A stretch of DNA of 32,000 nucleotides. Source: Acaryochloris marina MBIC11017. GTDB lineage: Bacteria; Cyanobacteriota; Cyanobacteriia; Thermosynechococcales; Thermosynechococcaceae. Below, piece by piece: positions 31,714-32,000 of this stretch (positions are counted from its first letter, which is position 1; every line of letters starts with the position of its first letter). Under the pieces are notes generated by a model. That model worked only from the letters and a program-made list of their open reading frames with translations, was not told the origin of the DNA and searched no databases. The DNA is taken from assembly GCF_000018105.1 (NCBI RefSeq), contig NC_009932.1, forward strand, positions 30,001-62,000. Direction: 5' to 3'. The position numbers and the translations under genes were made by a program.

Positions 31714-32000
31714 ATGCTATCCCCATGCCTTCAAACCGCACGGCACTATGCCCATAAACATGGACCACCCTGGTCAGCTCCCCTACTCTGCATCCTTCTC
31801 ACCCTCTGCCCCTTTATCCTCCCCCTCCCCCCAGGCACTCAGATCGCAGGGCTAGAGATTATGGCAATGGTTTGGTCCACCGCCCTCTTCCTCCACCTCT
31901 ACCAAACGCTCAACATCCAAACCAAGCTGGGCCTCTATCTCTTCTTCTCCGGGATGATCGCCCTAACCCCATCCATGGTGAAAGCCCAAAACGTCGGCAA
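31714..32000 (+). CDS. Hypothetical membrane protein, 5' part only (runs off the window)
   Basis: The frame is open from the ATG at 31714 (in-frame TGA at 31705) to the window end. Hydrophobic stretches are LLCILLTLCPFILPL and MVWSTALFLHLY..LYLFFSGMIAL. It is absent from the ORF track because it is open-ended. Confidence 0.45.
   Translation, partial: MLSPCLQTARHYAHKHGPPWSAPLLCILLTLCPFILPLPPGTQIAGLEIMAMVWSTALFLHLYQTLNIQTKLGLYLFFSGMIALTPSMVKAQNVG

Noticed and set aside
1-32000. Scan of all intergenic regions for tRNA, rRNA, tmRNA or CRISPR arrays
   Set aside because: No cloverleaf with a GTTCRANYC T-loop, no rRNA-like conserved blocks, and no repeat-spacer arrays were recognised by eye. A tRNAscan/Infernal run would be needed to exclude them formally.

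Overview
This window looks like mosaic, plasmid-like cyanobacterial DNA. The HIP1 octamer GCGATCGC occurs 4 times (1022, 10557, 13002, 26067), against about 0.5 expected by chance in 32 kb.

Backbone modules:
(i) A type-Ib-like partition operon (ParA Walker ATPase plus a small ribbon-helix-helix protein) is bracketed on both sides by AT-rich arrays of the same short repeats.
(ii) A 1251-aa zinc-ribbon/Toprim-like/P-loop helicase protein has the architecture of CyRepA-type cyanobacterial plasmid Rep proteins.
(iii) Immediately upstream on the same strand lies a sigma-70 family factor with a ~170-aa C-terminal extension.
(iv) A ~0.9-kb ORF-free region carries two 48-nt direct repeats, several perfect palindromes and an AT-rich tract. 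It is followed by an XRE-type regulator and secreted/membrane proteins.

Accessory modules:
- a DUF4157 (zincin-like, toxin-marker) protein
- a secreted S1 protease-TPR protein
- a visibly AT-rich three-gene membrane module that includes a CD225/IFITM-like (dispanin) protein
- a stand-alone ERI-1/KapD-like DEDDh exonuclease
- an IS6-family element that truncates a HAD hydrolase gene
- a nitrogenous-cation transport island: an RCK K+ channel translationally coupled to an Amt ammonium transporter carrying a HAMP-like/DUF4351-like tail, then a guanidine-I (ykkC) riboswitch with a terminator platform in front of a sodium:solute-symporter-family transporter
- a second AT-rich island of envelope/secreted functions: a CaCA-like exchanger, a Wza-like polysaccharide exporter, a Deg2/Deg9-like HtrA protease and a secreted EEP nuclease with a lamin-tail domain

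A small gene family is present in three same-strand copies (one intact, one apparently frameshifted, one 3' remnant). It looks like recombination scars delimiting modules.

No rRNA, tRNA or CRISPR array was recognised. All domain calls come from motif recognition by eye. No database search was run.
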